DNA of 63,472 bases, counting the filler. It is 7 parts of 7 records of this genome, joined end to end, with 100 filler letters (N's around TTAATTAATTAA, not from the genome) between each part and the next. Parts side by side here need not be neighbours in the genome. Positions count along the whole stretch, not along the records: positions 58,031 to 63,472 come from DRR723986_5493; 6 more parts are not named here. One strand, given 5' to 3'. The notes beneath the pieces are model-generated. The model had not been told where the DNA came from and searched no databases. It saw only the letters and a program-made list of their open reading frames with translations. The translations under genes were made by a program, and so were the position numbers. Positions 63,282-63,472 of this stretch are shown here, piece after piece. Numbering within the stretch: position 1 is the first letter of the stretch; each line of letters opens with the position of its first letter.

Positions 63282-63472
63282 ATGGACTTCACGAGACGTG
63301 AGACCCTGGCCATGGGGGGCGCCGCCGTCATCACGGCGCTGCTGCCCCTGCGGGCCTTCGCCCAGGCCGACCCGAATGCCGAAATGGTGGGCACCCCCGA
63401 CGAGTTCCTCGCCGGCGCCACCGCGGGCGAGGGAAGCCTGACCCTGACCGCGCCCGAGATCGCCGAGAACGG
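63282..63472 (+). CDS. soxY: Thiosulfate carrier SoxY, N-terminal part (not in ORF track)
   Basis: Manual translation MDFTRRETLAMG (Tat)...LTLTAPEIAEN. Confidence 0.9.
   Translation, partial: MDFTRRETLAMGGAAVITALLPLRAFAQADPNAEMVGTPDEFLAGATAGEGSLTLTAPEIAEN

Overview
The window is not one locus. It is seven unrelated contigs joined by 100-nt artificial spacers (N44-TTAATTAATTAA-N44). Contig 1 (1-11571, Rhodobacteraceae-like): uvrB 5' part, NDUFS4-like subunit, MYG1, a ROK-regulated sugar ABC/PfkB/aldolase cluster, tRNA-Arg(TCT) followed by an AT-richer two-gene insert (soluble 302 aa + 4-TM 160 aa, RexAB-like layout), and tex 5' part. Contig 2 (11672-20046, Rhodobacteraceae-like): TRAP transporter, Cache-type two-component system, an orphan AT-richer gene, ilv attenuator and ilvI 5' part. 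Contig 3 (20147-33763, AT-rich, Bacteroidota-like): SPFH, EEP nuclease, MarC, two WG-repeat proteins, gmhA, a VPS10/BNR protein and comM 5' part. Contig 4 (33864-41293, Bacteroidota-like): ABC genes, LytS/LytTR, sialidase, GH20 and a partial tRNA-Asn. Contig 5 (41394-51584, Rhodobacteraceae-like): a paeninodin-type lasso-peptide-like modification cluster (RRE/B1, B2, ABC, nucleotidyltransferase, cyclase, sulfotransferase, HPr-like kinase, TPR-glycosyltransferase-like gene). It has a CtrA box upstream, no visible precursor and an in-frame stop in the cyclase; a Tat carbonic anhydrase follows. Contig 6 (51685-57930): housekeeping genes (ubiK, lgt, MidA, pgeF, Lrp, trxB, dapD) and a 44-aa ORF behind tandem CtrA boxes. 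Contig 7 (58031-63472): sox sulfur-oxidation cluster. The best candidates for a new system are the precursor-less lasso-like cluster and the tRNA-linked RexAB-like pair. All calls come from reading motifs by eye; no searches were run.
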